A DNA stretch of 63,185 nucleotides, counting the filler, from Octopus bimaculoides (lineage: Eukaryota): NCBI RefSeq assembly GCF_001194135.2. It is 4 parts of 4 records of this genome, joined end to end, with 100 filler letters (N's around TTAATTAATTAA, not from the genome) between each part and the next. Parts side by side here need not be neighbours in the genome. Positions count along the whole stretch, not along the records: positions 1 to 28,178 come from NC_068987.1; 3 more parts are not named here. One strand, written 5' to 3'. Below are positions 1-13,318 of the stretch, piece after piece. Both the position numbers and the translations under genes were made by a program. The first letter of the stretch is position 1; each line of letters opens with the position of its first letter. The notes under the pieces are model-generated. The model made no database searches and was not told the origin of the DNA. It saw only the letters and a program-made list of their open reading frames with translations.

Positions 1-42
1 ATATATATATACAGATATAAAACAGTGTGAGATAGAGAGAAG

Positions 43-80
<38 letters not shown>

Positions 81-283
81 GAGAGAGAGACGTTACAATT
101 TATTGAATTGAGTCCGATTAACATAAAAACACTTTCACTCACCTCATACACATAATCAAAAGTATACTCTCACACAGAAACAGTATCAGACAAACAGACA
201 GACAGAGAAAAAGATACAGGGAGGAGAACGAGAGAAACATTATAATGTCTTATGTCAAATAAGCTAGCGTCGAAGCAGCGACA

Positions 284-373
284 GCAAAACGCTTGCACCA
301 AAATGTCTGCTCCAAAACGCCTGTGCCAAAATGTCTGCGCCAGAACATCTGCGCCTAAAAACCCCTCATTCCC
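284..373. repeat. Degenerate 14-bp tandem array (CCAAAAYGYCTGYG x5) ending in TCATTCCC; possible subterminal repeats of a foldback-type DNA transposon end
   Basis: Units gcaaaacgcttgca / ccaaaatgtctgct / ccaaaacgcctgtg / ccaaaatgtctgcg / ccagaacatctgcg are seen directly. The transposon interpretation is inference. Confidence 0.6.
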
Positions 374-1088
374 ATTCTAGATAAGCTTCAAATAACTCTA
401 TCCTTGGTATTGACCTCATTGCCAGTTTCTCTCCAGCAGTTTCAAATCTCAAGCCAATTCAAGCTGAAGCTATTCCGCCACTTCATATAAAATTGCAACG
501 TTGAACTACGATTTGAGTAACCATAACTAGTTACATCTTATTCTACGGTCATAATTCTTTTTATATACATCACTCAATATTGAAAATATATCATCTCGTG
601 GTGTAGATTTGTCAATTAGTACTAGAAGAAAATTGCATAATGTACAACAGAACATATGAACAAATCAAATTATATACAAGAATTTATAGCCATGATTGAA
701 TTAATTAACTAATAAGATTTTCATCGTAAAGTGATATTAAACATTGAGATAGGCAATCAATTGATACGTGTTTCGGATCACGTCTTTGAAACTTGCTTTC
801 ATTTTTTTCTTTTTTGGTTCAAATAATTGGATATAGTGTCTAATATTACAATTTATATCAAATCTTGTACTTGCTCTAAACTGAGGTTTTGAAAGATGGA
901 CACTGTGTAACCAGTGCTAACGTCTACAACTATATTTTTGGTAGTTGTTGCAGAACCGTTCATAGTTTTGATACAAGACGCGTTGACATATATCACGCCA
1001 GTAAAAAAAGGTGCCTGTTAATACTAGCACAATAGCAGGAAACTTGAAATAACGGAGTGAGTTATCATCTTCAAAAGAATATGCATAT

Positions 1089-1150
<62 letters not shown>

Positions 1151-2228
1151 NNNNNNNNNNNNNNNNNNNNNNNNNNNNNNNATATATATATATATATATA
1201 TATATTTTTTTTATTTATTTATTTATGGGTTTCAGCCAAGTGGCTGCGGTCATGCTGGAGCATGTATATATATATATATAAATACCGCATTTGTCAAATT
1301 ATTCTTCCTCTGTTGTCCCTGTTGTCGTCCTTTGCATTCATGTGCGTGTGTGTGCGTGCGCGCCCGCGCGTTTGTGTGCATACGATTTATTCCACCAAGT
1401 TGCTAAATCCCTTTTCCGACCGACATCCAAAATTTCTTTTACACTTAGTCTTCGTACATTTAATTTCAACAAATATTTGTTTCATCCTTACAACGGAATT
1501 CTCACCAATATGACCTTTCCCACCGACAAACATTTGAATGTTACTGAAAGTGTTTGGAAGATACGTCTAATAACTTGTGTTTTACTCATCGCTCCAAGAG
1601 TTCATTAAGATATTAATACACAACTTTAACGTATATTCACTGAAAATATCAATGTAAATATCCATGATTAATAACAGTGAGATGAAAAGACGTCGAAATG
1701 TGCGCTTGCATGAAAGAAAATAGAAACAGCGCGTCACTTCAAGCATGGTCACTCACTCTCTGCTTTGTATTAAAGATAAATAAACATTAATGAGGAAAAA
1801 TCGCTTTTTATTTTACATATATATAGAGAGAGAATGCTAAATTATATATACATACAAAACTAAACTGTAATTCAAGTCATATTTTGACCGTATGATGTAG
1901 ATTGAACAATAAATAATTAATTGTAATATTACTCCAAAAAGAAACCATGGTACTTAGGTGGGAAAGAATTGACGTGTCATGCGAATGTTACAAAGTCAAA
2001 CATACATAGATAGATAGATAGATACATACATACATACGGATATACATACATGAATACATACATGAATACATACAAACATACGTACAATCATACATACATG
2101 CATACATACTTATACACACACAGTCCGCCAGTTTAAAAATCTGATGGATATGAACATCGTATTCGTTTAAAAGCCATCAAGTTTCCCAGTCGGACGCACT
2201 GTTTATATACATACATNNNNNNNNNNAT

Positions 2229-2259
<31 letters not shown>

Positions 2260-3071
2260 AGGAAGCATATGTACGTGTTGTGTGTGGTGTGAGGGATGCA
2301 CATGTGCGGAGTTATGTCCAAATGTGCCTCTGAATATGTGTAAAAACTTTCTAAGGTCCTTGGGGGCAAGGAAACAACCACTTGTCAGCTGGGTATTGTC
2401 AGTCTATCCAGTTTGACGTCTGTTTGTATTAAGACACGGCTAAACAAACAAGCTATCCCTTAAATATTTTACAACCGATGAAATCCCTATGGTATGTGCT
2501 ATAATTAATGAAAAAGTCCCTCCATCAAATAACACGTGCTGTGTCAACCCTTTCTCCTTAATACGGCAAAATAATTGAAAAGAAGGGGAAGAAAGGAGAT
2601 TACCAAAACCACTTTCAGTTCTTAAGTACATAAGCAGTGATTATGTGTGTGTGTGTGAGTGTGTATATGTCATTCTCTTTCTCTCTCTCTCTCTCTTTAT
2701 CTTTCTCTCTCTCTCTCTTTATCTTTCTCTCTCTCTCTCTCTCCCTATCCCTCTCTCTCTCTCTCTTTATCTTTCTCTCTCTCTATCTCTGTCTATATAT
2801 ATACATATATTTCCTTATCTTTTAGAATAATAATAATAATGATAATTATAAGGATAATAACAATAATAATAATAAAAGTAATAATAGTAATAATAATAAT
2901 ACACACACACACACACACACACACATATATCGATAGATACACATGTACTTATAAACATATATAGATATAGATATAGATTGGTAGATAGATATGAATACAT
3001 TTATAGACTTAAATACAATAAATATGTGTGTGTGTAAATATCTGTGTATATATGTATATATGCATATCTAT

Positions 3072-3102
<31 letters not shown>

Positions 3103-3598
3103 CATATGTATATACACATATATATATAGATAATATATGTATGTATGTACGTATGTATATATAATATAGCCATATACATACAAGTGTATAGACACACGCA
3201 CGCACACATATATTTACCTATGTATGTAAACATAAGGAATTACAGATGCCTGACATACACACAAACACACCATACACATACACACGCACACGCTTGCACA
3301 CACACACACTGACACACACGCATATATATATATATATACATATATACATATATATGTGATATATACATGTGCGTGTGTGCGTACGTGAGTATTCTAATAT
3401 AGAGGCATCGGGAATGTGCTAGGGCAACACATTCGCGGGTTTTTATTCAATAAAGACGATCCTGTCTACAACTCATTTCGCGCTCCAACTTACTTTATCG
3501 ATCTCTGTTAGTCTATCTACTTCTTTATCATCGGATGGAAAATAATATAACACAAACAACACGATTTCATAAAATCGATGTAAATATAAGCAGGTGCA

Positions 3599-3630
<32 letters not shown>

Positions 3631-4453
3631 NNNNNNNNNNNNNNNNNNNNNNNNNNNNNNNNNNNNNNNNNNNNNNNNNNNNNNNNNNNNNNNNNNNNNN
3701 NNNNNNNNNNNNNNNNNNNNNNNNNNNNNNNNNNNNNNNNNNNNNNNNNNNNNNNNNNNNNNNNNNNNNNNNNNNNNNNNNNNNNNNNNNNNNNNNNNNN
3801 NNNNNNNNNNNNNNNNNNNNNNNNNNNNNNNNNNNNNNNNNNNNNNNNNNNNNNNNNNNNNNNNNNNNNNNNNNNNNNNNNNNNNNNNNNNNNNNNNNNN
3901 NNNNNNNNNNNNNNNNNNNNNNNNNNNNNNNNNNNNNNNNNNNNNNNNNNNNNNNNNNNNNNNNNNNNNNNNNNNNNNNNNNNNNNNNNNNNNNNNNNNN
4001 NNNNNNNNNNNNNNNNNNNNNNNNNNNNNNNNNNNNNNNNNNCAAGCAAATACAGTTAGAAAAAATATTTGCCATTTCAAGTCATTACTAAAAACAAAGC
4101 TCATCAATTTTTGAATGAAATAATATTTTTATTTATTTTAAGTTGTAAATTTTGCCCAAGAAATAAAGCAAATAATCACCAAATACTTTGTGAAAAATCT
4201 GCGACTCGATATCAACTATCTCAAAATTGATTAGAAATGCATAAATTTAATAATAATGACGCTAAATAAAATTTGGTCGAGAAAACCAAAGAAATAACTT
4301 TATATCAACAAAAAACAGACACGCACCTTTATAGAGAACCGATTTTACTAAAGTGAAACATACTAAATACACAGAGTTGAAACGCTGTTCGATTATTCTT
4401 TTCAGCGTTGAATGTTAACCATCTCACTTCCATTGCGCGCGCACACATACACA

Positions 4454-4505
<52 letters not shown>

Positions 4506-4705
4506 CACACACACTTTCACATACCCCAACGATCCCACTTCCATTGCGCTCGCACACGCACTCACACACGCAAACACACACACTCACACATACACACACA
4601 TTCACATACCCCCTTTTACATATACACACATATATTCACACAGATTTTAAACGCTGTTTCGTTTATTTTTTTCAGCGTACATTTTTCATCATCCTACTAC
4701 CAAGT

Positions 4706-4919
4706 ATGATATCACCCCTTCCTTCCTTATTCATGTATCACCTCTTCCTTTCTCATTCATAAACACAAGAGTGTAATTGTAATAGATTATCTTGGTAACC
4801 ATGGGAGCTGAGAAAAAAATATGACATCACCCCTCTTCCTTCCTTATTCATGTATCACCCCTTCCTTTCTCATTGATTATAGTAGATTATCTCGGTAACC
4901 ATTAAAGCTATGAAAAAAT
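4706..4919. repeat. Diverged tandem duplication (units of about 115 and 99 bp)
   Basis: atgatatcaccccttccttccttattcatgtatcacc...agattatcttggtaaccat recurs at 4821 as atgacatcacccctcttccttccttattcatgtatcacc...agattatctcggtaaccat. Confidence 0.85.
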
Positions 4920-5254
4920 ACAAAGTCCAGCATCACCACCCGATCATTCTACATATATGTATAGATTTTCGCGCAATTCTACCCAGCTGTTTGACTGTGA
5001 ATCCCAAGGCAAGAAAAAATCGCCCAGAGGAGAGATTTCTAGACGCGCATTTCTGCCGCTTTCGGCTTTGTCAGCAGTATGTCCTCACTGGCAAATGCTC
5101 AGATTACAGAGAGAGTGATATTTTAAGCATTAACTCATCTATTGACTTTTCTTGATGGTTTTCGCTTATATCATAGTTTCTTTGTTTTCTTGCTGAGCTT
5201 GGAAGGAGGAGCATTGTACATGGACTTTATAGTTCGTTCAAGATTGGCGCGTTT

Positions 5255-5412
5255 GATGCCGTTACTGCTCCTTTTAAGGTATTGCAGACACAATGACTTT
5301 CACAGTCACGGGCTATAGTAGAATATACTCGCCCAAGAGGTCATGCAATGGGACTGTACCCGAACATTCATGACTTCAAAGCGAGCTTTTTAACCACACA
5401 GCCATACCAGCA
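5255..5412 (-). mobile_element. tRNA-derived SINE, family C (decayed)
   Basis: Similar to the copies at 19345 and 21740 (ctatagtagaa...gggactgtacccgaac...aaccacacagcca). Confidence 0.6.
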
Positions 5413-5450
5413 CCTAGTCGAAAATTTCTCACTGAATTCTTTTCTCTCAT

Positions 5451-5646
5451 TTATACGTAATCGACATATACGCCGTTTGATACGTTGAAAACCAACACTG
5501 AATTATTACGTCACATCCTTCAAATTTCATTGATACGTAATGAATGCATATCGCGCTTATACGTCAAAATCTAACGCCGCTTTCATACGTCATATTTCCC
5601 CACACATCCTACGGATGTAATCAGTGTATTTGTTGTTTCATACGTC
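5451..5646. repeat. Periodic TACGT motif array, period about 26-27 bp
   Basis: TACGT starts at 5454, 5481, 5507, 5534, 5560, 5586, (TACGG at 5610) and 5641. Confidence 0.7.
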
Positions 5647-7709
5647 TAAATTAATGCTCCGTTCTTAAACCCCAACCCTTCGACACTCAACATTAAGTCA
5701 TCCTCCATAACATTTTAACCTCAAATTTACACATTGCTTCCTTTTAGCGATAACTCTAAATCACATTATAGCTGTCCACATCCGTTACTCTACGACCTGA
5801 TTTGACATTTTGGTTTCAAATTCTCACCCTCTACTTCCTCTACCACATCGTAACAATGACTGTGGCATCTTGTCACATGTCAGGGCTCAATGACGCGTGA
5901 CATTGCTCATTTTACATAATAATAAAAGTTATACTGTAGAACGAATGCCTTGAGAACGAAGCCATATAAGCTGTTGCGTGTCTCTATGTGTCTATGCGTT
6001 TGCCACTGCGCATGACTGTGAGTATGTGCGCGCGTGCGTGAACGGCAGTGCATGTGATTGTGTAAGTATATATGCGTATTGGTATATATATATATATGTG
6101 TGTGTGTATAGGAGCGTATATGTGAAGGCAACCCTGTGAGTGCGCGCGAGCGAGCAAATTTCCATTGAAAGGAAACTAAGTCATCTGAAAGCCTCTATTT
6201 TTCTTTTGCCTCTCAAGTATCGGATGTCTATCAATTAAATCCGTTGTGGAAAATCAACTGTGCTTTGCTAATTGAAATCGATAGCTTCAGCAACAACAAC
6301 AAAAACGACAACGACAACCACCACCACCACCACAACAACAACAAGAACGCTAACGGCAAGAACAAAAGCCATCAATATCAAACAACAGCAAAAACAGATC
6401 GACCTGCGCGATACAAATGCTTCATATANNNNNNNNNNNNNNNNNNNNNNNNNNNNNNNNNNNNNNNNNNNNNNNNNNNNNNNNNNNNNNNNNNNNNNNN
6501 NNNNNNNNNNNNNNNNNNNNNNNNNNNNNNNNNNNNNNNNNNNNNNNNNNNNNNNNNNNNNNNNNNNNNNNNNNNNNNNNNNNNNNNNNNNNNNNNNNNN
6601 NNNNNNNNNNNNNNNNNNNNNNNTATATATTATGTACATACGTGTATAAAGTGCATGTAAGTGTAGATGAGTATGTATGTATGAATCTATTTATCAATAC
6701 ATTTATATATGTCTGTATATAGATATATATGTATGCATATGCGTGTGTGTGTGTGTGTATGTGTGTGTGTGTGTGTGTGTGTGTATGTAAAGCTTTCTCA
6801 AATCACACTTCCTTTCATATTAAATAAATCAAGATAAAGTAGGTAATTTAGTCCCTTTTATTCTTCCAAAAATTTATATACTAGATGGTCATTGCTGAAA
6901 TATCTTTCATCAGAAATCAGCCTATTCAGGTTTGATCTGAGGTTAAACTGACATTATCAACAACAACAGCAATAACAATAACAACAACATCAACAAATCA
7001 ATGTAAACACAATAGCCATCTATGTGTCATAATTAAGGTATATTCACCGTTAACATGCAGCTTACTGTAGTTTCCGTCCCGAGACAACATCTCTTATAGA
7101 CGTACTGCGTTTTAAAAGAAAGCAATATAAATCGAAGGGAGACGAAATCGTCCCAGCTGCGGCTTATGAGAATGCCACAGTCAAAGTACAAATATGGGCT
7201 AAAGCGAGAGGAGAGGATGAATGAAAACCAGTATATAACTGGTATGTTATTTTATCGGCGAAAACATTATGAGCATCGGCTACATGAGCAACAAATTAAT
7301 AGCAGTATCAATAACAAAAACAAAAGCCATTAGCAAAACCAACAAGGATACAGGACCAAACGAGAGACCCATAGGTGGTTAATTGAAGCTGCTAAAAATA
7401 GCAGCTAAATAACCTTTAAACTGTACATTGTTGTCTTAAATAAGGAAAAGGCATGTTTAACAGCGCTCAATCTTTTGCAGATGGTACAACTCTTCATTTC
7501 CCTTTAATCTTGTGAAACCTTGTATTACACCAAAACTAGACGCCACAGGCTAAATCTGCATTGATTCCAAGAGAGCATCCTCCAGTGGTACCAAAGCAGT
7601 ATTGTCTCTTTTATCAAGAAAAACACTCAAGCATTATTGATATGAAGATAACAACACCTTACGATTCCTAAACCTGAGCTGCAGTCAGAACTCACACGAT
7701 CGCTCCAAA

Positions 7710-8075
7710 TGTTGGATCTAACTTTCGCCGAGGTGCTCTCGTGGCAATAAGTATTGCCTTAACACGGCTACCATCGCATCCTGGAGACTGGCTGTTTTCT
7801 TCAGCTCAGAAAAATATTTCCATCACCAACAGTTGCTGAATCTCAAGAAGGCTCAAGTATAGCCCATAATACCATATTGTTTCCACATTTATGACGATAC
7901 TGCGCCCTGGACCGTATTGAGGAAAAAGCGACTCGATGACTCGGTTACTTGGCATTAAACCATTAACAGGCACACTTGAGCCTCTAATCTTTCCTATCGT
8001 TACTATAATAGCCTCTGTTTTTCTGAGCTTGTTGGTCTCATTCCGCCTTCATTAAGGTACACCCAAAGCACTCGT
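7710..8075 (+). mobile_element. Highly decayed non-LTR retrotransposon RT C-terminal fragment (Jockey/CR1-like group)
   Basis: Broken translation LAVFFSSEKYFHHQQLLNLKKAQV*PIIPYCFHI resembles the LINE motif LY(K)AQVRPxMEYCSHIW. Confidence 0.5.
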
Positions 8076-8439
8076 AGCCCTATTTCTCATCACATTTGTT
8101 GTGTCTTCTCTTAGTAATCATTATAACCATTCCTTTTCTCCCCGAACATCTACCCCCAGGAATCTTCTAGCTTCCCATGTCCCCCAGTAGTTGTTGTGTT
8201 GTAACACTCCTTTTTAAGCCTTAAGTTTTATAGGTTGCTATGTGGCAAATGTATGTACGTCAGCAATAGACTTCCTTACTTGTGCTTGCCTCAAGCCAAT
8301 TGTGTGTTTTTACCCGTTTCTTACCGAAGATCTTTGATGCAGTACTCTGGATTCTTAGAGAAATCCCACCTCACGTGAGCGTCACCTTCCGTGTTCTACG
8401 ATAACTTAATGACTTTTAATAATTTTTATGGGTGTTCTT

Positions 8440-9240
8440 TCGTTGTCGTTTCAAATAAGTGCATCATCTGCAGCTGGAGTGTAATCTTACAGCTTTCCGA
8501 AGCGTGATCCGCATCGTAGTCAGAACTCTTCAGGTTTTGGTGTCCTATACACATCAGGTCTAGGTACTATCAGTAATTGGAACGGAGATATCTACAAGAC
8601 ATTTCATGTTCGAAAGGTGAAGGTAACACAAAATCCCTGGAGAGTGCAAGCTTAGTGCTACCATCGTCCATTGTCATTTACGCTGCCAGTTGAATATCGC
8701 CCGAATATCGCAAGATCAGAGTGCGTGCTCGGCACTCACTCTGATGCTGAAGTCATGAAGCATCAGTAGCTTGTTTCATCCTGGGGCTTACTATAATCTC
8801 CATCGTCCTACGTATCTTGTGTGGAACAGAGGCTTAGAGAATAAACATTAGCAAAGCTGACAATGTCATTCGATGTATAAAGTCGAAGTGAGATAAATAA
8901 ATGTTCTGCTCCTCTCAGGGTGGGTTCCAGTAACATCAACAGTGAGTTCGTAACAGCAAATCAAGCGCAATAATCCTTGGTCTCGTCCGAACTGTTTACC
9001 TGCCAGAAGGTATAGTCTCTCTCAGGTACAATCACTGACTCTATGAGACGTATCCTTTAAAGTGTTGCAATGCCCACTTAAAGATTTAGCATTTCGTGAT
9101 AAACCACCATTATCTTTCCTCTATTGCTGGCCTCGTGAAGATTATCTGTACATTTCTCTATTGTAAACTGCAATCCGATTCCTTTTTCTCTTCTTATTGT
9201 GCCTTGCGTAGTGTATACAGTCTCTGGTCTAGTTTAGATG
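8440..9240 (-). mobile_element. Highly decayed RTE-like LINE reverse transcriptase remnant
   Basis: Minus-strand, frameshifted similarity to RTE motifs ILPESQCGFR, EQNxxLYxxFxDLxKAFDxV and xADDA. Confidence 0.4.
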
Positions 9241-9283
9241 TATCTCTATGTCCCACACACTTAGTAAAGTAGACGAACTGTGG

Positions 9284-9653
9284 TTGTTGTTGGCACTCCG
9301 TCGCTTACGATGTCGAGGGTTCCAGTTCAACCGACCAACGGAACAGCCTACTCGTGAAATTAACGTGCAAGTGGCTGAGCACTCCACAGACACGTGTACT
9401 CTTAACGTAGTTCTCGTGGATATTCAGCGTGACACAGTGTGACAAGGCTGGCCCTTTGAATTACAGGCACAACAGAAAAAATAGGAAGAAAGAGTGAGAG
9501 AAAGTTGTGGTGAAAGAGTACAGCAGGGTTCGCCACCATCCCTGCTTTAGGTGTTTCGCTCAATAAACATTCACAACACCCGGACTGGGAATCGAAACCG
9601 CGATCCTATGACCACGAGTCCGCTACCCTAAGCATTGGGCCATTGCGCCTCCA
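9284..9653 (-). mobile_element. tRNA-derived SINE, family A, full length
   Basis: Minus-strand head is tggaggcgcaatggccc...ggtttcgattccc with A/B boxes. Near-identical to the copies at 12937 and 22287. Confidence 0.9.
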
Positions 9654-10386
9654 GAACTGTGGTAGAAGAATGATAAATTGGATGGTATCAGCCCGGGAGC
9701 CTCGTTCTGAGCAACTTAAGCACAAGATCGCAACTGGTTCATATGTTGTGTCATCACAGTGAGGCAATGCTGGAATTTCTTCTGCAAGGCGTAAGTTTGA
9801 GCTACGTAATTACAGAAGATCAGCAGTTGCCCATCCGAATTGGTTTCCATTCTCCAGTATCACTGGTGTTGCCCAACGGAAGGTTGGACACCAGCATTAT
9901 CGTACAAATTTTCAAAACAATGTTGAAGACTAAGTCGGGTTGTCTTACTACCAAAGACTTTCTTATAAATGCGTGTTAACTACTTTCTCTTAAATGCCTG
10001 CCAAAGCTAATAATCTCCATTTAACCGAAATACTGTTTTAAAGGCTTCAACACCCGTCCTCACCTCTCTTCCTGTCAGTTTAAACAATTCCGCCAGACTT
10101 CGGAGCTAAGTCGCGGAACTTACTCCACGATTTCACTACCTTTGTGCCATATACATACATATATACGCACACACACATACATACACACACACACACACAC
10201 ACANNNNNNNNNNNNNNNNNNNNNNNNNNNNNNNNNNNNNNNNNNNNNNNNNNNNNNNNNNNNNNNNNNNNNNNNNNNNNNNNNNNNNNNNNNNNNNNNN
10301 NNNNNNNNNNNNNNNNNNNNNNNNNNNNNNNNNNNNNNNNNNNNNNNNNNNNNNNNNNNNNNNNNNNNNNNNNNNNNNNNNNNNNN

Positions 10387-10459
<73 letters not shown>

Positions 10460-11604
10460 TTTCTTGTATGTATTTATGCTTGTACATGCATGTATATACG
10501 CAAATACATTCATGTATTTGTTGGATAATATAGTATGTGAGTTCACATTTATATATTTTAAAAATAAGGTGGACATACACACATATTAACGCGCACACAT
10601 AAACACATACATATATATGCTTACACATACATATCAATATACACACACACAAAATTCACACAGACCACACACACACACACACATACAGTGAGTATAGGTC
10701 TGAAGGAATATGTACGTAAGCGTGCGTGCCGGGCGTTGTACCTTGCTTTCTGGTTCCTCCACAAACTTCACATTAAAACCATCATCATCAACATTAAATG
10801 ACATTTCCCATCATAAATTCACTCAGTGCAAAATTAGACAGAATTCTTCAATTGTCTCACGCAGCAGCAAGACAGTTCGTTACAAATAAAACTAACACGA
10901 TTGGTAAACATTGCAATCATAATAATGTCGGCACAATACCATATAATATTATTGAGGGAGAAGATGTAATCGATTTAATTGACCCTAATATTTCACTGGT
11001 ACTTATAGTCTGACCTTTGGAAATAAAGAAGGTTTTCGACCTTGGCATGAATTGAACTTAGAACTAATAGGGTTGTGTGAAAATTTATCACCGCCAGGCA
11101 GTAAGTCTGGCGTGTTCTGATTTTGACATCCAGTCCTCAAATGAGAAAATATCGATTTCGTTTTATAGGCGCAAATACAGAGCAGTGCTTCACTAATTTT
11201 TATTGAGAATTGTGTTGTTGCTGTTGTTGTTGTTGTTGTTGTTATTTAGCCCCGAGCAAGCCCCGATCGAGCAGACGTTTAAAAGACGTTCCCGCTGTGA
11301 CTCATGTTTTTGTTTGTTTTTGCTTTCTGTTTTCTAGTTTTCTTTCACACATAAAATATCTACACTTATTACATATATCAACAACAAAGTTGTTACATAA
11401 AATCTACGTGATTTTTACGTACCACCTTGTTGTTGTCGTTGTTGTTGTTGTTGCTTAACCTCCAGGCTAAACCTGATGAAGCAAACCTATTATTAAAGGT
11501 GTTCCTCGCTGTGACCGCTTCGCTTTCTTCCTTTTATTTCTTTATTTTCGAAAACGGTTTTTTACGTCTACCGTATGTGAAGTATCGATCCTTGTTCTTG
11601 TAGC

Positions 11605-11625
11605 TGTTGTCGTTGTTTTGTTGTT

Positions 11626-11666
<41 letters not shown>

Positions 11667-11685
11667 TGTTGTTCTTCTTCTTCTT

Positions 11686-11774
<89 letters not shown>

Positions 11775-11960
11775 TATTCTTCCTCTTCTTCTTTTTCTTC
11801 TTCTTGTCCGTGATGATCGGAGTGTTAGTATGTTAGTTGCTGTGGTTGTTGATGCTGATAGTATTATTGCTGTTGTTATTGAAGACGATGACAAAGACGA
11901 CGACGACGACGACGACGACGAAGATGACGACGACGATGATGATGATGATGATGATAATGA
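11605..11960. repeat. Compound trinucleotide microsatellite (GTT, GTA, TTC, TTA, GAC, GAT runs)
   Basis: Seen directly. It explains the poly-S/I/R/T/D ORFs. Confidence 0.95.
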
Positions 11961-12559
11961 TGATGGGGTTGACTGTGGTGGTAGCGGTGCAGGTGCTGGT
12001 GTTGACGGTGGTGGTCTCGTTTTATGACCCCCACCCCTTCCCCACCGATCCAACCATGACCGAACAAACCTTTGTCCAAAAGTATTTCCCTCATGATTCC
12101 CCCATATATATTTTTTGTCAGATATCATTTAATATCTTCGACCACATTAGCTAGTATGTCCGCCTGTACAGATGTCATTGTTTAACCCCTGGAGACAACA
12201 CTGATCGAGGAAGCCTATGATGAAAGCCGGTCCCACCATGACATATGTTAATAAATGATTCGTTTCTTTTGACAAATAGTGTATCTATGACTAGTATCTA
12301 ATACGTCCAATCACGTCGTTGCTGCTACTGGTTACGATCAGGTCATTCCAGCAGTAACATATAAAAGGCGTTCCAAAAGTGACCACCCAGTTTTTCATTT
12401 ACGCTTAGTGCAATTTTTCATTTACACTTATTGCAATTAGTGAAAAACAGATTAACTTGAGAAAGGATGTGACTAACTAATGCAAACCGTATTTGCTCAC
12501 GGTTTGGTTTTTTCTGCAGATGCCACGGTCGTATCGCATGCATTTGCATCAAGAAAATC

Positions 12560-12830
12560 AGAAGAGAGATCTTCAACACGTTCCATCTTACCAGTGATGA
12601 TCTACGGCAGTGAAATATGGTATTTCAACACGACCATTATGAACGACCTCATTGCAGCCTGACAGAAAATGGAATGAATTATGCTCAGCGTCACATTGCA
12701 GTTAAAGAAAACTAAAGCCTGGATTCGACGACGGCACACGAGAGTTAACATTTCAAATTGTTTAACATTTCAAGAAGAGAATGATATGTGCAACACGTGA
12801 CCAAGCAACAAAGACTCGCGAATGGGGATG
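12560..12830 (+). mobile_element. Decayed RTE-clade LINE C-terminal fragment
   Basis: Translation ILPVMIYGSEIW...AA*QKME*IMLSVTL...AWIR matches the RTE pattern PVMxYGxETW...QRxMERxML...WIR. Confidence 0.6.
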
Positions 12831-12936
12831 GAGGGTGGCAAGTGAATTTCTAAATTTTTTGTTGGGCAAGGAAAATGCTTTGAAAATACTCCTGTAATTA
12901 TCTATTATTGGCTTTATCTGATTTCATTGATGTACA

Positions 12937-13318
12937 TTGTTGGTACTCCGTCGCTTACGACGTCGAGGGTTCCAGTTGATCCGATCAACGGAACAGCCTG
13001 CTCGTGAAATTAACGTGCACGTGGCTGAGCACTCCACAGACATGTGTAGCCTTAACGTAGTTCTCGGTGATATTCAGCGTGACACAGTGTGACAAGGATG
13101 GCCCTCTGAAATACAGGTACAAGAGAACGGGGAAGAACGAGTGAGAGAAAGTTGTGGTGAAAGAGTACATCAGGGGTCACCACCATCTCCTGCCGGAGTC
13201 TCGTGGAGTTTTAGGTGTTTTCCCTCAATAAACACTCACAACGCCCGGTCTGGTAATCGAAACCGCATTCCTATGGCCGCGAGTCCGCTGCCCTAACCAC
13301 TGGGCCATTGCGCCTCCA
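12937..13318 (-). mobile_element. tRNA-derived SINE, family A, with 12-bp TSD
   Basis: TSD cattgatgtaca at 12925-12936 and 13319-13330. A box tggcccagtgg is present. Confidence 0.95.

Noticed and set aside
5451-5646. CRISPR-like repeat/spacer appearance
   Set aside because: The repeat is only 5-7 bp, there are no cas genes, and the context is eukaryotic.
9743-10060. 78-aa ORF, or a possible RTE C-terminal trace on the minus strand
   Set aside because: No recognisable domain on the plus strand. The minus-strand similarity is marginal and its order conflicts with the 8.4-9.2 kb remnant.
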